A stretch of DNA of 64,000 bases from Octopus vulgaris (taxonomy: Eukaryota): the NCBI GenBank assembly GCA_951406725.2, contig OX597823.1, positions 111,476,001-111,540,000 on the forward strand, written 5' to 3'. The notes beneath the pieces were generated by a model. That model did no database searches. It worked only from the letters and a program-made list of their open reading frames with translations, and was not told the DNA's origin. The position numbers were made by a program, and so were the translations under genes. This document shows positions 37,936 through 52,080 of the stretch, one piece after another. Numbering within the stretch: position 1 is the first letter of the stretch; the number at the start of each line of letters is the position of its first letter.

Positions 37936-38476
37936 AAATAATGACGATGATGATGATGATTTCAAATTTTGACACAAGGCCAGTAATTTCAGGGGAGTGG
38001 TTAAATTGATTACATTGACTCCAGAGTTCAACTGGAAGGATTGAGAGGCAAAATCAACCCTGGCAGTATTTGAACCCAATACATAAAGTCAGAAGGAATG
38101 TCACTAAGAATTTTTCCCAGGGGCCGTAATAATTCTGCCAGTTCACCTCTTTGTGTACCAGTAATGTAATGAGGAGAATGTGGTAGTGGTAATAGTGGTG
38201 CTGATTTATTCATTTATACTCTGTCTTCCCAGATATTCATTTCCATCTAGGAAAGACAGAGATATTATATACATATGCTCAAATATGACCATATGTGTGT
38301 ATACATATAGCTATATACATGCATCATGCATACATACATATATATATATGAGGTTATATGTGTATGCATATATATATATAAGGTTATATATGTATATATA
38401 TATATATGTGTATATATGTATGTATATATATATATATATATATAAGGTTATATATGTATATATATATATATGTGTA

Positions 38477-38508
<32 letters not shown>

Positions 38509-38593
38509 CATATATATATATACGCACACACACCCATGCACATGTCTCTATATGAATATACATTCAAACATATAAACACACTCACACACAAAC

Positions 38594-38650
<57 letters not shown>

Positions 38651-39463
38651 TGATCTGTGAATTGGCAGACATCATCGACAAGACCCCTTCAATATCTCGT
38701 GCTTGTTCAGCCATTCACATTGACCATACATATCAACCAATAAAAGCCTGTTAATCAATACCAAAATGCATTATTCATAAAGAAATGCTCGTTAAGATCT
38801 CACCGTTAATTTACCGCAATACTACCACTGATTGATGATTGTTCTATCGCTGATTTACAGCCATCTTACCCGTTTAATTAACCCCTTGGCGGCACTGTTA
38901 TTGCGACATTACCATTCTCTACTACCGCTGTGATCCCTGCTGAACATCACCTCCTACCCCATCTTCTTCCCTATCTCGACCCTATCACCATCACCACCAC
39001 CACCACCACCACCATCACCGCTATTGCAACCGTCATCATTATCATCATCATCAAACAAACTAGTGTGCACTGATGCATAAAATCATTGAAAAGCTTTGTT
39101 ATGTAATACCTTCACATACACACACATACATACATACACACACACACATACATGCATACACACACATACATGCATACATACATACATATATACATGCATA
39201 CATACATACATTCATATATATATACATACATGCATGCATGCAGATATGTGCAGATTCATGTATACGCAAACATTGTCATGCATGCTTGTACTTAAACGCC
39301 ATGTCATACATGCATTCAAATGCATACACACTGACCCACATACACATACATACACAAAATATATTTACTCACGTCCACATGCACTATGCTTCCTGGATCT
39401 CCGTCCTCCTCTAACTTTCCCCACATATATACATGTGTGTGCATGCGCATGTGTGTACATACA

Positions 39464-39501
<38 letters not shown>

Positions 39502-39612
39502 TATACATATCTATGTCTGTAATACACACAAACACACATATATATGTTTATACATGTGTTTATATATATATATATATATCTATATATATATATATATATA
39601 ACATATATATAT

Positions 39613-39689
<77 letters not shown>

Positions 39690-40687
39690 TATGTGTGTAT
39701 GTGATACACACACCAACACATACACATATACACACACAAATGTATTGATATGCAATTTCACATGTCTCTATTTTGATCTGTCATTTTTACTGTTGGTGTG
39801 TGTTTTTGGCTTTGTCTCTGTCACATTCCCTCTCTCTCTCTCTCTCTCTCTCTCCTTCTCTCCCTCTTCCATTTCAAACTTACTTTCTCTCTACATCCAC
39901 GCCCCCTCTCACTTTCTCAAAACAAGTTAGTTTCTCTCACTAAACCCTCCTCTCCTCTTCTTTGCTACTTTCTCCTTTTCTAAGATATAACCCTCACCTT
40001 TAGAGATACCATTATTATCTTCTCTCCCTTTTCTTCTCTCATCTCTTTATTTCTCATCTCTGTTTTAACCATCTCATCTTTCTCTTCCTTCTCCTTCACC
40101 TCTCTCTCTCTCTCTCTCTCTCTCTATTTTTGATTTCCCCTTTTCACTTTTCACACTCACTCTCATCATCACTCGCTTGTCTCCCTTTCCTCTCTATTCT
40201 CCCATCCTCTTTCTCCCAACCCCTCCCTCCCTTTCTCTTCTGTCATTTGAAACTTCCTACCTGCCTACAGACAAGTTCCTCCACCCCACATTATTACAAC
40301 AGGAGAGAATATAGTGACAGAACAGAGATTTACAGAGCAGTGGCAAACGCCAACATTTTTGAGGAAAGAGACAGATTGATAGACAAAGAGATAAAGATAA
40401 AGATAGATAGATAGATAGATAGATAGAGAATCAGAGCGAGAGAAAGAGAGTGAGTGAGAGAGATAGAAAGATAGATAGAAAGTCCCAACTGGAATCTTGT
40501 CAGGATTTAGATAACCTTTTCATCTTGCTGGAGCTCAGCGGAATAAACAGAAATGATAATAGACTGTGATAACTAATTCAGGAATAACCAATCATAATGT
40601 TCTCGTTTACTTTGTTGTCGAACACGAATGACAGAATCAATATCCAGAAACTCACATAGTTTATACGATACAAAAGGAAATCTATAG

Positions 40688-40897
40688 ATGTTGTCATCTA
40701 CCTCGTCAACATCTAAAGACTGCACTCTAACCAATCAACATCCTACAGATCGTACATCAGCCGTACAGACGATGTCTAGAGGAAGTGGACACTGTGGACA
40801 ACGCCAGGAAAAACTCCCTCTGTGTGTACAGTGTGCTGATCTGTGTCAACACCGTCGTCTGTGTCCGCTCCTCTCTCTCTCTATTGTGTTCCCGCAA
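40688..40897 (+). CDS. Possible host coding exon, product unknown
   Basis: Unique, more GC/CpG-rich island with ATG ORF MLSSTSS...KLPLCVQCADLCQHRRLCPLLSLSIVFPQ ending at a weak CAA|GTCAGC donor. An alternative acceptor CTAAC..CTACAG| ends at 40748. No recognised homology. Confidence 0.25.
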
Positions 40898-41126
40898 GTC
40901 AGCAGCATCTGTAGCTGTGCATCCTCTCTCTCTTAACATGTCCATCATCATCATCATCATCATCATCAGCAGCAGCATCATCATCATGATTTATCACCAG
41001 AATTGCCATGACCATCATTGTCATCGTAATCACCATCATCATTATCATCATCATCATCATGTAATCATCATCATTATCATCAGCAGCAGTTTCATCCTTT
41101 AAAGTAGTTTTATCCTTAATTTTGTC

Positions 41127-41193
<67 letters not shown>

Positions 41194-41354
41194 TATGTAT
41201 GTGTATATATATATATATGTATATATCAAAAGGATGTGTTATAATATTATTCCAGAGCCATACCAACAATCCAACATACCCTCATCATCAGCTGCCCCAC
41301 AGATATCATTATGGTTTCGACACCTGGACAGTACCATTCAATCTGGCAGTGTCA

Positions 41355-41385
<31 letters not shown>

Positions 41386-41459
41386 CACACACTTTCATCT
41401 GAAGTTTACATTGGCATGAAACTCAAGTTGTGAGATAAAATCTCAGCCTCATCAGCAGT

Positions 41460-42165
41460 GGCGGCGCAATGGCCCAGTGGTTAGGGCAGCGGACTTGTGG
41501 TCGGAGGATCGCGGATTCAATTCCCAGACCGGGCATTGTGTGTGTTTATTGAGCGAAAACACCTTTCTCTCACTCTTTCTTCCTGTTTCTTGTCCCTGAC
41601 TTCCTACGCAACCACTGAGCCTGGATGCTGGATTCATATTCATCCATCCATCGATGCTCTCAGTGATGAGGGTTGACCTGCTTTCTCTTCTGCAGGTCTT
41701 ACAAATAGCAAAGGACCATGTTTCGGACTTCTCCCATCTTGCAAGCTCTGGGAGGAAGACCGTTCGCTCATCAGCAACAGCAACAGCAAGTGGAGGTGCA
41801 ATGGTCCAGTGGTTAGGGCAGCAAACTTGCGGTCAGAGGATCGTGGTTTCGATTCCCAGACCAGGTGTTGTGTGCGTTTATTGAGCGAAAACACCTAAAG
41901 CTCCACGAGGATCCAGCAGGGGATGGTGGCAACCCCTGTTGTACTCTTTTGCTCCAACTTTCTCTCACTCTTTCTTCCTGTTTTTTGTCCCCGACTTCCT
42001 ACACAACCGCTGAGCCTGGATGCGCATTCATCCATCCATCAATGCTCTCGGTGTTGGGAGTTGACCTGCTTTCTCCTCTGCGGGTCTTACGAATAGCAAC
42101 AGGACTCCATATCGGACTTCTCCCATCCTGCGAGCTCTGGGACGAAGACCGTTCACTCAACAGCA
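41460..42165 (+). mobile_element. Two tandem family-C SINEs with (CAGCAA)n tails
   Basis: Heads at ~41460 and ~41793; both end GAAGACCGTTC(G/A)CTCA.CAGCAACAGC. Confidence 0.85.
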
Positions 42166-42829
42166 ACAGCAGCATCTGTAGCTGTGCATCCTCTCTCTTA
42201 ACATGTCCATCATCATCATCATCATCACCACCATATTTATCAGTAGAATTGCTATGACCATCATTGTCGTCGTAATCACCATCATCATTATCATCATCAT
42301 CAGCAGCAGCATTCTGATGTTAGTTATTCTCTTTTTAACCCCAGGTCATCTCATATTGAGTAGTTATGTGATCAAAGATTTTCCAGACATGGCCATATTT
42401 TTTCCAAGCTTTTCAGACATGTCTGTTAATATCTCTATTATCCAATGTTTTTTTTTCCTCTTCAATGACAATGATTGTTTGAGATTTTTAGAGAGATATG
42501 ATTTCTGTTTCCAGCAGACTGATTGGCGGTCACCTAGAGACCCCTTCAATGATTCATTTCTGCATTCTCCTTTCCATATTACTACCAGTGCAATATGCAT
42601 ACTGTTTAACGTAACTACCTGACTATCTCATTAGACATGTGATCTGTGAAATCTAGTATTCCAGGATCTAGTTTTACCAGTTTTACCTATGTTTTCTGCT
42701 ATATTTCTTGTCCAAGGGTCCTTTTCACCACACTGCTGACAGTACACACTATCTTTTACTTTCTGCTAACAGCACTTTCGGACCCAAATCCATTATCCTT
42801 TCACATCACATAAACTTACTCTCTCTATG

Positions 42830-43248
42830 AAGGCGGCGAGTTGGCAGAAACGTTAGCACGCTGGGCGAAATGCTTGGCGGTATTTCGTGTGCCTTTACGT
42901 TCTGAGTTCAAATCCCACCAAGATCGACTTTGCCTTTCATCCTTTCTGGGTCAATAAATTAAGTACCAGTTATGCACTGGGGATGATGTATTCGACTTTA
43001 TCCCTTTGTCTGTCCTTGTTTGTCCCCTCTGTGTTTAGCCTCTTGTGGGTAGTAAAGAAATAGGTATTTCTTCTGTCTTTACGTTCTGAGTTCAAATTCC
43101 ATCGAGGTTGACTTTGCCTTTCATCCTTTTGGGGTCGATTAAATAAGTACCAGTTACGCACTGGGGTCGATGTATTCGACTTAATCCCTTTGTCTGTCCT
43201 TGTTTGTCCTCTCTGTGTTTAGCTCCCCTGTGGGCAATAAAGAAATAA
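42830..43248 (+). mobile_element. SINE family B tandem dimer
   Basis: Junction AAAGAAATA|GGTATTTC at ~43063; flanking repeat ATAAACTTACT(C/G)TCTC. Confidence 0.88.
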
Positions 43249-44276
43249 TAAACTTACTGTCTCAATTGTCTCCCCTTTACTTCATCATTAGCTACCTTTA
43301 GCACCCAGCTGCTCTTCCTTCCCTCTTCTCTCTCTCACTCTCACACTTTCTATCTCTCTTTATTTGCCTAATTACGGTGATGAATCGGTAGAGTTGTTAG
43401 GGTGTCAGGTCAACTACTACATGGGTATTTGGTCCAGTTTGCTATGCACTGAGTTCTAGTCTTGCCAAGATCAACTTCATCTTTCACCCTTCTAGTATCA
43501 ATAAAATAAAATACCAGATGAAATGGTAAATTAGCTGAATTGCCAGAGCATGGAATGGTAATGCTTTATGGCGTCCTATGCTAGTTCTGTGTGTCCTGGG
43601 TTCAAACTACCACACTGACCACTTGGACAATGAAGTAACCTGTTCTAAGATGGACTAATATCCCTGCATCCCTCTCCTTCTGCCCTAAAAAAAGGGGTAC
43701 CAAGCTCAAAAGAGCTCATATCCTCACTGAATAGGGACAATTTAAGGAAACTAAATTGCTTGATAATTAATGATGACGATGACAACGAAAATGATGATGA
43801 CTCCAGTTTCCAAGCATGTTAACATTACATATCCATAAGACCTGGCTCTCTTCATTTTCCCCTTGTCCTCTGTGTTAGTCATGTCTCGTATTTTTGTTTA
43901 TTCTATCAACATCACCCATGCTACCATGTGTGTGGATAAGGTACTAGTTGAAGCAGTATTTTTATGGCTGATTGCTCTTCTAGTCAACCTAGCACCAACC
44001 TTTATTTTCAAGAAAGGGAATTTCATCATCAACAACACCATCATCATCATCATCATCATCTTCATCTAATGTTTGCTTTCCACGCTGGCATGGGTTAGAT
44101 GGTCTGACTGGAATTGATAAGCCAGAAGGCTGCACCGAGTTCCGGTCTGATTTTGCATGGTTTCCATGGCTGAATGCCCTTCCTAAATGCCAATGCCAAC
44201 TATTCCAAGAGTGTAATGGGTGCTTTTTACATGCCACTGGCATGGATGCCATTTACTTGACAATAGCAATATCCAT

Positions 44277-44612
44277 GAAGGCGCATGGCTCAGTGGTTAG
44301 AGCGTCGAGCTTACGATCGTGAGGTTGTGAGCTCGAATCCCGGACCAGGCTGCGTGTTGTGTTCTTGAGCAAGACACTTTATTTCACATTGCTCCAGTTC
44401 ACTCAGCTGTAGAAATGAGTTGTGACGTCACAGGTACCAAGCTGTATCGGCCCTTGACTTTCCCTTGGATAACACAGGTAGCGTGGAGGAAGGAGGCCGG
44501 GATGCATGGGCGACTGCTGGTCTTCCATAAACAACCTTGCCCGAACTTGTGCCTGGGAGGGTAACTTTCTAGGTGTAATCCCATGGTCTGTGTTGTGACC
44601 GAAGGGGGTCTC
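44277..44612 (+). mobile_element. tRNA-derived SINE family D, nested in a minus-strand RTE-type 3' copy
   Basis: A box TGGCTCAGTGG, B-box-like GCTCGAATCC; approximate TSD CAATAGC(A/C)AT; second copy at 57135-57470. Confidence 0.82.
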
Positions 44613-44839
44613 AGCAATAGCCATGACTACGATTTCACAGGTGCCATTTGCATGACACTAGCAACAGCCACAACTGCGATTTCACTTGGCTTAACAAGTC
44701 TCCCCAAGTACAACTTATCACCAAAGGCCTCAGTCACTTGTCATTGCCCCCTTTTGTTTTTTATGCCACACTTAACCAGACAATATTTATCCAGATAATA
44801 AAATGTGATGGTACAGTCGTCATCAATATATAATATACA

Positions 44840-45150
44840 AAGCACCGTCCGAACATGGCCAATGCCAGTGCCGCTTTGACTGGCTTCCGAGCTGGTGGCA
44901 CGTAAAAAGCACCATCCGATCATGGTAGATGCCAGCTCCTCTGGCCCCTGTGCCGGTGGCACGTAAAAGGCACCCACTACACTCTTGGAGTGGTTGGCAT
45001 TAGGAAGGGCATTCAGCTGCAGAAACACTGCCAGATCAGATTGGGGCCTGGTGCAGCCTCCTGGCTTCCCAGACCTCGGTCAAACTGTCTTACCCATGCC
45101 AGCATGGAAAACAGACATTAAACGATGATGATGATGATGATGATGATAAT
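44840..45150 (+). mobile_element. RTE-type 3' UTR copy
   Basis: Two modules, AGGAAGGGCATTCAGCTG, (GAT)n tail. Confidence 0.8.
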
Positions 45151-45732
45151 GATTTAGCCTGAGTCTGTACAAGGTCATTCAACTTGCTAGAAATTGCAGC
45201 TAAATCTCCTCTAAATCATGCTTAGCTGTCTAGACATTGTTGTCCATGATATATAAAAATGACAAGACGGTCAAAAAAAAAAAAGCAATACATTAGATTG
45301 TATTGTCCTAAATATATTACGTGTGAATGAAACATGGAATGGTTATCGTTGGAATATCTTTGATCTTAGGACAGCTCACTCAGTGCTGATCTTGGACTAA
45401 ACATGTAACCAACCAGTCAACACCTAAAAATAACAGAAACCATAGAACTAATACTACCACCACCACCACCACCACCATCATCATCTTCGCCATTTCATGT
45501 CTGTCGGGTGGGTGGAGGGAACAGGGATGGAAAAAAAAGTGGGGGGTTGGATAGAAAGGGGGGAAACATGGACATATAGAAGAAGAGAGAAAGCAGTTGA
45601 AAGAAAGAGAGATAGGTTTAGTGAGATACGCAGAGAGACAGACAAATAGACAGATGGACTATTAAATAAATAGATGGAAGATGTGTGGAGGTGAAGAAAA
45701 CAGAAAGTAGTTACAATAGGGCGATATGTATA

Positions 45733-45775
<43 letters not shown>

Positions 45776-45826
45776 GTATATATATATTTATGTGTGTATG
45801 TATATATATATATATGTATATGTATG

Positions 45827-45863
<37 letters not shown>

Positions 45864-45868
45864 GTATG

Positions 45869-45909
<41 letters not shown>

Positions 45910-45913
45910 TATG

Positions 45914-45975
<62 letters not shown>

Positions 45976-46212
45976 TATACATATATATATATATATGTGT
46001 GTGTGTGTATATGGGTGGATGTGTACGCATGTATATGAATACACATACACACGTGCACACACACACACATATGCATACATACTTACCTTCATGTATGCAT
46101 ACACCCATATACATATACGCATATTAGGGAGGAAAAAATAATAAGCAATACAATAAACAAGTCAAAAGGAAAACAATAAAAAGAACAAAGATTAGAGAGT
46201 CAAAGTCTCAGT

Positions 46213-46271
<59 letters not shown>

Positions 46272-47841
46272 ATGAGAGAGGTGGAGTGAAAGAAAGAGAG
46301 GGACAGAAATGGATGGGAGAGTTGGTGGGATGGTGGTGATAGAAAGAGGGAAAGACTATAAAAAGTATGGTAATGGTGGTGGTGGTGGTGGTGGTGGTGG
46401 TGGTGGTGATGGCAATGATGGAGGTAGTGCTTGTGGTGGTGGTGGTGATGGTGGTGGTTGTGGTGATGGAGGGAAAATAGCTTTTAGACTTCATAAGGAT
46501 GAGAAGAGTAAGATAGCAATACTTGAAAATGAAAGTAAAAAGTATTATAGAAAGAGAGAGAGAGAGAGAGAGAGAGTAATTGGTGGCTAAGAGAGTTAAA
46601 GATGGGTAAGTGAGTGAGTGGTATGACTCAGACTAACCCCCTGCTACCAGTACCACCACCACCGCCACCCTTCTCTCTCTCTCTCTCTCATGCCAAAATA
46701 TGAAGAAAGGTTAAGGTAAAAATATATGAAAACTGGTGGTAGTAATGGTGGTGGTCATGGCAGTGGTGGCATTGAAGAAAGTAGGTTTTGTTGTGGTGGG
46801 GGTTGTTTAGCCCCAGGTCAACCATTGGTCAAAGCAGATCTATATATAAACAAATGCAATCCAGCCATGACGTTCTTGTGTGTTTAAGAGTATCTAGGAC
46901 TGAACTATCTGAAATATTTGCTGTCTTTTCTAGACCCAAAAACTGTGATTTAAGGGACATTTCTGACTACTGTTTCTAGCACACTGACTGTCTATATAGA
47001 GTCCACTTCAGTAACTTCTCATGAGTGGTGGTGGTGGTGGTGGTGGTATGGTGCTCATGATGGTATGATGGTGTTTGTAGCAGTATGGCAGTGTTGTTGG
47101 TGGTGATGGTGGTGATAACAGTGATGATAGTGGTCTAGACATGTTGGTGGTGGTGGTGGTGGTTTAATTACAATGATGATGTTTGCTATTGGTATGCTGG
47201 TGATATAGTTAATACTGTTTAACCCTAGGCAAGTTCTAAGTAAACAGAACTATGATCATACATATTCTATCCATGACCAATACATATTTTACCCTTGTTC
47301 AAGGAACTTAGTACAGGATTATCCAAAATGTCGTTTTGTTTTTAAGACAATAAAAGTGTTGTTTGGCTGCTATTTCTAGCATATTGGTTTTCTCACTGGC
47401 TCAGTGACGGCGATGTTGATGTTGATGGTGGTGGTGGTGGTGGTGGTGGTGGTGGTAGAAGAACAGATGTGTTGTATGTTTGGGTGTGGGGTGCAGGGGT
47501 AGAAGGAAGAGGATTGTGTGATAAGGGAGGAAGGGTGACATGTGGCAGTGGTAAGAGATAAGGTTGTGTTTTAGGATGAAATGAGTCAGGACAAAAATTG
47601 GCTGGAGTAATGCGACAGAAATTACAGAGCGGATGCATCCGTACATATGTGTGTGTGTGTGTGTGTGTGTGTAAACATACATCATATATTTCTATGTGTG
47701 TGTATGTGTATATATATATATGATGATGATGATGATGATGATGAGATGTTGATATGTGGAGAGAATGAGAGAGACAGAGAGAGAGAGAGAGCGACAGACA
47801 TGCAAATAGACAATGAGACAGATAGATTATATATGTGTGTT

Positions 47842-47876
<35 letters not shown>

Positions 47877-47879
47877 GTT

Positions 47880-47923
<44 letters not shown>

Positions 47924-48044
47924 TGGAAAAAAATGAAAGTGACAGACAGACAGACAGACAGACAAATAAATGGATTGTACATGTGTGTATGTATTTATAT
48001 ATATACACATATATATATATATGTATATATGTATATATGTATAT

Positions 48045-48161
<117 letters not shown>

Positions 48162-48751
48162 GAGATACATACATACATATATATATATATATGAATTTTA
48201 CACATTCATATGTGTGCATATACACACATTCACACTCACACATACATATGTGTATATGTATGCAGGGACACAACAACAACAAACAAAGAACAGCAGGAAA
48301 AGACAAAGGGGAGAGAAGGAGGAAGGTGGGGAAGAGGAGAAGAAGGAGAAGGAGGAGGAAGGAGAGGAAGAGAAGAAATAAAGGAAGAAGAAGAAGAAGA
48401 AGAAGAACGAAAGAAAATAATTGAAAATAATGAAAGAAGAAATTGGAAGCAATGGATAAGAAGCAAGCAGAAGATCCAAGTAGCCACACCTTTACCCCAC
48501 CCCGTCACTCTACTATCATGCCAGCTGCCCCACCCCCCATTCCCATCCGCATCCCTTTTGACTCCCTCCACTGGAAAAAAAAAAAGCCTGCCAGAACCTT
48601 AAAGAATTCTCTTCATTGTGTGTGTGTCTGTGTGTATGCATGTGTGTGTGTGTGTGTCTGTGTGTATGCATGTGTGTGTGTGTGTGTCTGTGTGTATGCA
48701 TGTGTGTGTCTGTATATGTGCATGCATGTGGATGTGTGTCCGTGTCTGTGC

Positions 48752-48785
<34 letters not shown>

Positions 48786-50874
48786 ATTAGGAATGTCTGG
48801 TTAGATCACTGATGTGGAATGTTCATTTGGTGATGGAAGGAGGGGGTAGTGAAACTTGCTCAAGGCCTGACGCTACGGTAGGGATCATATTAGGTGAGTG
48901 GGTGGGTGGGTGTATAGGGGGGATGGGTGTGGTGAAAGATACACTGAAGGATTTTTTATGCGGTGGTGGTGATGGTGGTGGTGGTGGTGGTGGGAAGAGT
49001 TTTGGTGGTTGAAGGTGGGGGAAGGGTAGCAATAGCTGACCTTAAAGGTCAATATTGGCTCCAAGACAACAGAAATTAAAGAAATATTAACATGCATGGT
49101 GGTGGTGGTGGTGGTGATGGTGGCGGTGGCGGCGGTGGTGGCGGCGGCGGCGGTGGTGGGTGTTTAAGGTGTGAAAGATGAAAGTAGGGGCAGAGGGGGG
49201 TTAGGGTTATATGAAATCTCACTGATTAATTATATGGGACATAATCAGGTCTTTCGTTTCAGTTTTCTTGATCCATCTTTTATTGCTGAGCTTGGATGGA
49301 ATTGCTAGAGCATTGGGAAAATGCTTTGTGGTATTTGTTCCAGCGCTTTATGTTGTGAGTTCAAATTCCAACAAGGTCAACTTTGCCTTTCATCCTTTCG
49401 GTGTCAATAGAATAAAGCACCAGTCAAGTACTGGGGTTGATAGTAACGACTAACCCCTCTCCCCTCGAAATTATTGGCCTTAAGTCTAAATTAGAAATGC
49501 TTATTATTCTCGTTATTTTCAGTTAAAACCTGTTTGTCTATTTCCTTCTCTTCTTGCATCAATCTACCTTGCTTTCTCTTTCTCTCTCTCTTTCTCTCCT
49601 TTTCTCTCTCTCCCTCTCTCTCTCTCTCTTTCTTTCTCTCTCTTTCACCTGCTCTCTCTTTCTATCTCTCCTTCTCTTTGTCTTTCTCTGTCACCCCCTT
49701 CTCTCTCCCTTTCTCTCTTTCACCCCCTGTCTTCCTTCTCTCTCTCTTTCTCTGTCACTCATTCCTTTCTCTCTCTCTCACTCACCTGTTCTCTCTTTTT
49801 CTCTCTCACCCCTTCTCTCTCAGTCCTTCTCTCTCACCCTCTCTCTCTTCCTCTCACTCACCTGTTCTCTCTTTTTCTCTCTCACCCCTTCTCTCTCACA
49901 GCTCTTTACCTCTCTCTCTCTCTCTCTCACTCTTCCCTAAATATATCCACTACACAAACACTAAAGGGGTGGGACACAGTGCTGGTGGAGAGAAGCGTGT
50001 TACCAAATGTGACATCGTTATGGTCAATTCGAAAGTCTTGGTCACTTGGTCAAGCATTCTTCATTTAATCTGGTACAATACTCAGCTGACCAATGACAAT
50101 TTAAGAAATTCTGTTCAAATTTCTCCAACCTCTTTCGTCAATCTCATTGTCATCATCATCATCATCAAAATTTCTATTGTCACCAACCTCACCATCACCA
50201 CTGTCTGCCTCCTCTTCCTCCTCCCCATCATCATCATCATCATAACCAGTTTATAGATTCTTTAAAATTGTTTACTTGCTTCATTCCATATCTATTGTTT
50301 TTGGTTAGTTGAATCTACCAGAATTCCTCCAGGTTGCAGAAGAACAATGATTTTGATGATGATGATGATAATGACGATGACGACAACGACAACGACGATG
50401 ATGATGATGGATTCTGAGCTAGTTTTGCCAGTAACCTTTTAGTCGATTTATAAACTAGTCTACATACTTATCAAATTACTTGCACATTTGCTTCCCAACC
50501 ACAGGGTTCTGGGTTCAGTCCCACTGTGTGGCACTTTGGCCAAGTGTCTTCTACTATAGTCCTGCGCCGACTAAAGCTTTTTGGTAATTGAGTAGTTGAC
50601 AGAAACTGAAAAGATCCTGTCATGCACATGCTCGTGTGTGTGTGTGTGTGTGTGCATGTGTGTGTGTGTGTGTGTGTGTGTGTGCTTGTATTTCCTTACA
50701 ACATCACATGATAGTTGTAAATGAGTGTCATGGCCATTCATTTCCAATATTCTGCAAAAACATCGCTAGCTATGAAGAAATATCAGTTTCCTTGGAGACG
50801 GCTGTGAGTTGGTTACTAGAAGGACATCTGACTGTAGAAAATCTGCCTCAATAAATTCTGTCCATGGTAAAAAA

Positions 50875-51100
50875 GACTAGCTGGCAGAAACATTAGCATG
50901 CCGGGCAAAATGCTTTGCGGTATTTCGTTTGCCGCTACGTTCTGAGTTCAAATTCCGCCGAGGTCGACTTTGTCTTTCATCCTTTCGGGGTCAATTAAAT
51001 AAGTGTCAGTTACACACTGGGTTGATATAATCGACTTAATCCGTTTATCTGTCCTTGTTTGTCCTCTCTCTGTTTAGCCCCTTGTGGGTAGTAAAGAAAT
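50875..51100 (+). mobile_element. SINE family B monomer
   Basis: Family sequence; flanking repeat GGTAAA(A/G)AAGA. Confidence 0.85.
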
Positions 51101-51663
51101 AGGTAAAGAAGATGTTAAAACAAGGATCATGAGAATTTCAGCCCTGAAGTCATTGCAGGAAAAATTGTTTGAGATAAGGGGCATCGCTCTTACAGTTGGA
51201 TGGGATGCACAAAGGCAGTGGCATCATACATGGGCACCATCACCATGATGGTCTAGGACACTAAGGAACTGAAGTGGCAGGCATTACATCAATGGATGTG
51301 CAATTCAGCACCTGGGTTCACGTGAACCTGAATCATTGGTTGGTGGATCAACAGTCTTGTTAAGATGCTTGGATTTGGTTCAGGCTGTACCTTCATAGAG
51401 ATACAAATTAAGATGATATTGTGGACAATGAGATCAATTTCACCCCAATCAAGCCATTCCTGAAAAAGCTGGGAAGAGGAAGCAAACACATGCATTATAT
51501 AATTCTTCTTGATTATCATGTCTTGCCTTGGCTCTCTTTTGATCAGACCAGATCAAAGTATCTGCTTATTTTGCATCATAAGGAAAGGTTGTCTTTCACT
51601 GTTCAGAAGATCTGTCTGTTACTAAAATCCTGTGAAAAGAGAGCTTTGGTATGGAGAGCCACA

Positions 51664-52080
51664 AGGCAGTGAGCTGGCAGAATCGTTAGCATGCCAGGTG
51701 AAATGCTTAGCAGTATTTCGTCTGCCGTTACGTTCTGAGTTTAAATTCCGCCAAGGTCGACTTTGCCTTTCATCCTCTAGTGGTCGATAAATTAAGTACC
51801 AGTTACGCACTGGGGTCGATATAATCGACTTAATCCCTTTGTCTATCCTTGTTTGTCCCCTCTATGTTTAGCCCCTTGTGGGTAGTTAAGAAATAGGTAT
51901 TTTATCTGCCACTACGTTCTGAGTTCAAATTCCGCCGAGGTCAACTTTGCATTTCATCCTTTCGGGGTCGATTAAATAAGAACCAGTTACGCACTGGGGT
52001 CGATATAATCGACTCAATCTGTTTGTCTGTCCTTGTTTGTCTTCTCTGTGTTTAGCCCTTTGTGGGTAGTAAAGAAATAG
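51664..52080 (+). mobile_element. SINE family B tandem dimer with 15-bp TSD
   Basis: TSD GGTATGGAGAGCCAC at 51648-51662 and 52080-52094; junction at ~51896. Confidence 0.9.

Noticed and set aside
42063-42105. HDV-like ribozyme in the family-C SINE (GACCTGCTTTCTCCTCTGCGGGTCTTACGAATAGCA)
   Set aside because: It has a CGAAU-like segment, but P3 and P1.1 cannot be built; a simple 7-bp hairpin explains it.
44277-44350. tRNA gene (also the heads at 6499, 41460 and 7985)
   Set aside because: A and B boxes are present but there is no complete cloverleaf; the first three run into multicopy SINE bodies and 7985 is decayed and interrupted.
48815-48832. miR-1-like TGGAATGT
   Set aside because: Only 8 nt match; no mature sequence or precursor hairpin.
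49195-49210. Telomeric TTAGGG
   Set aside because: Single unit, expected by chance.
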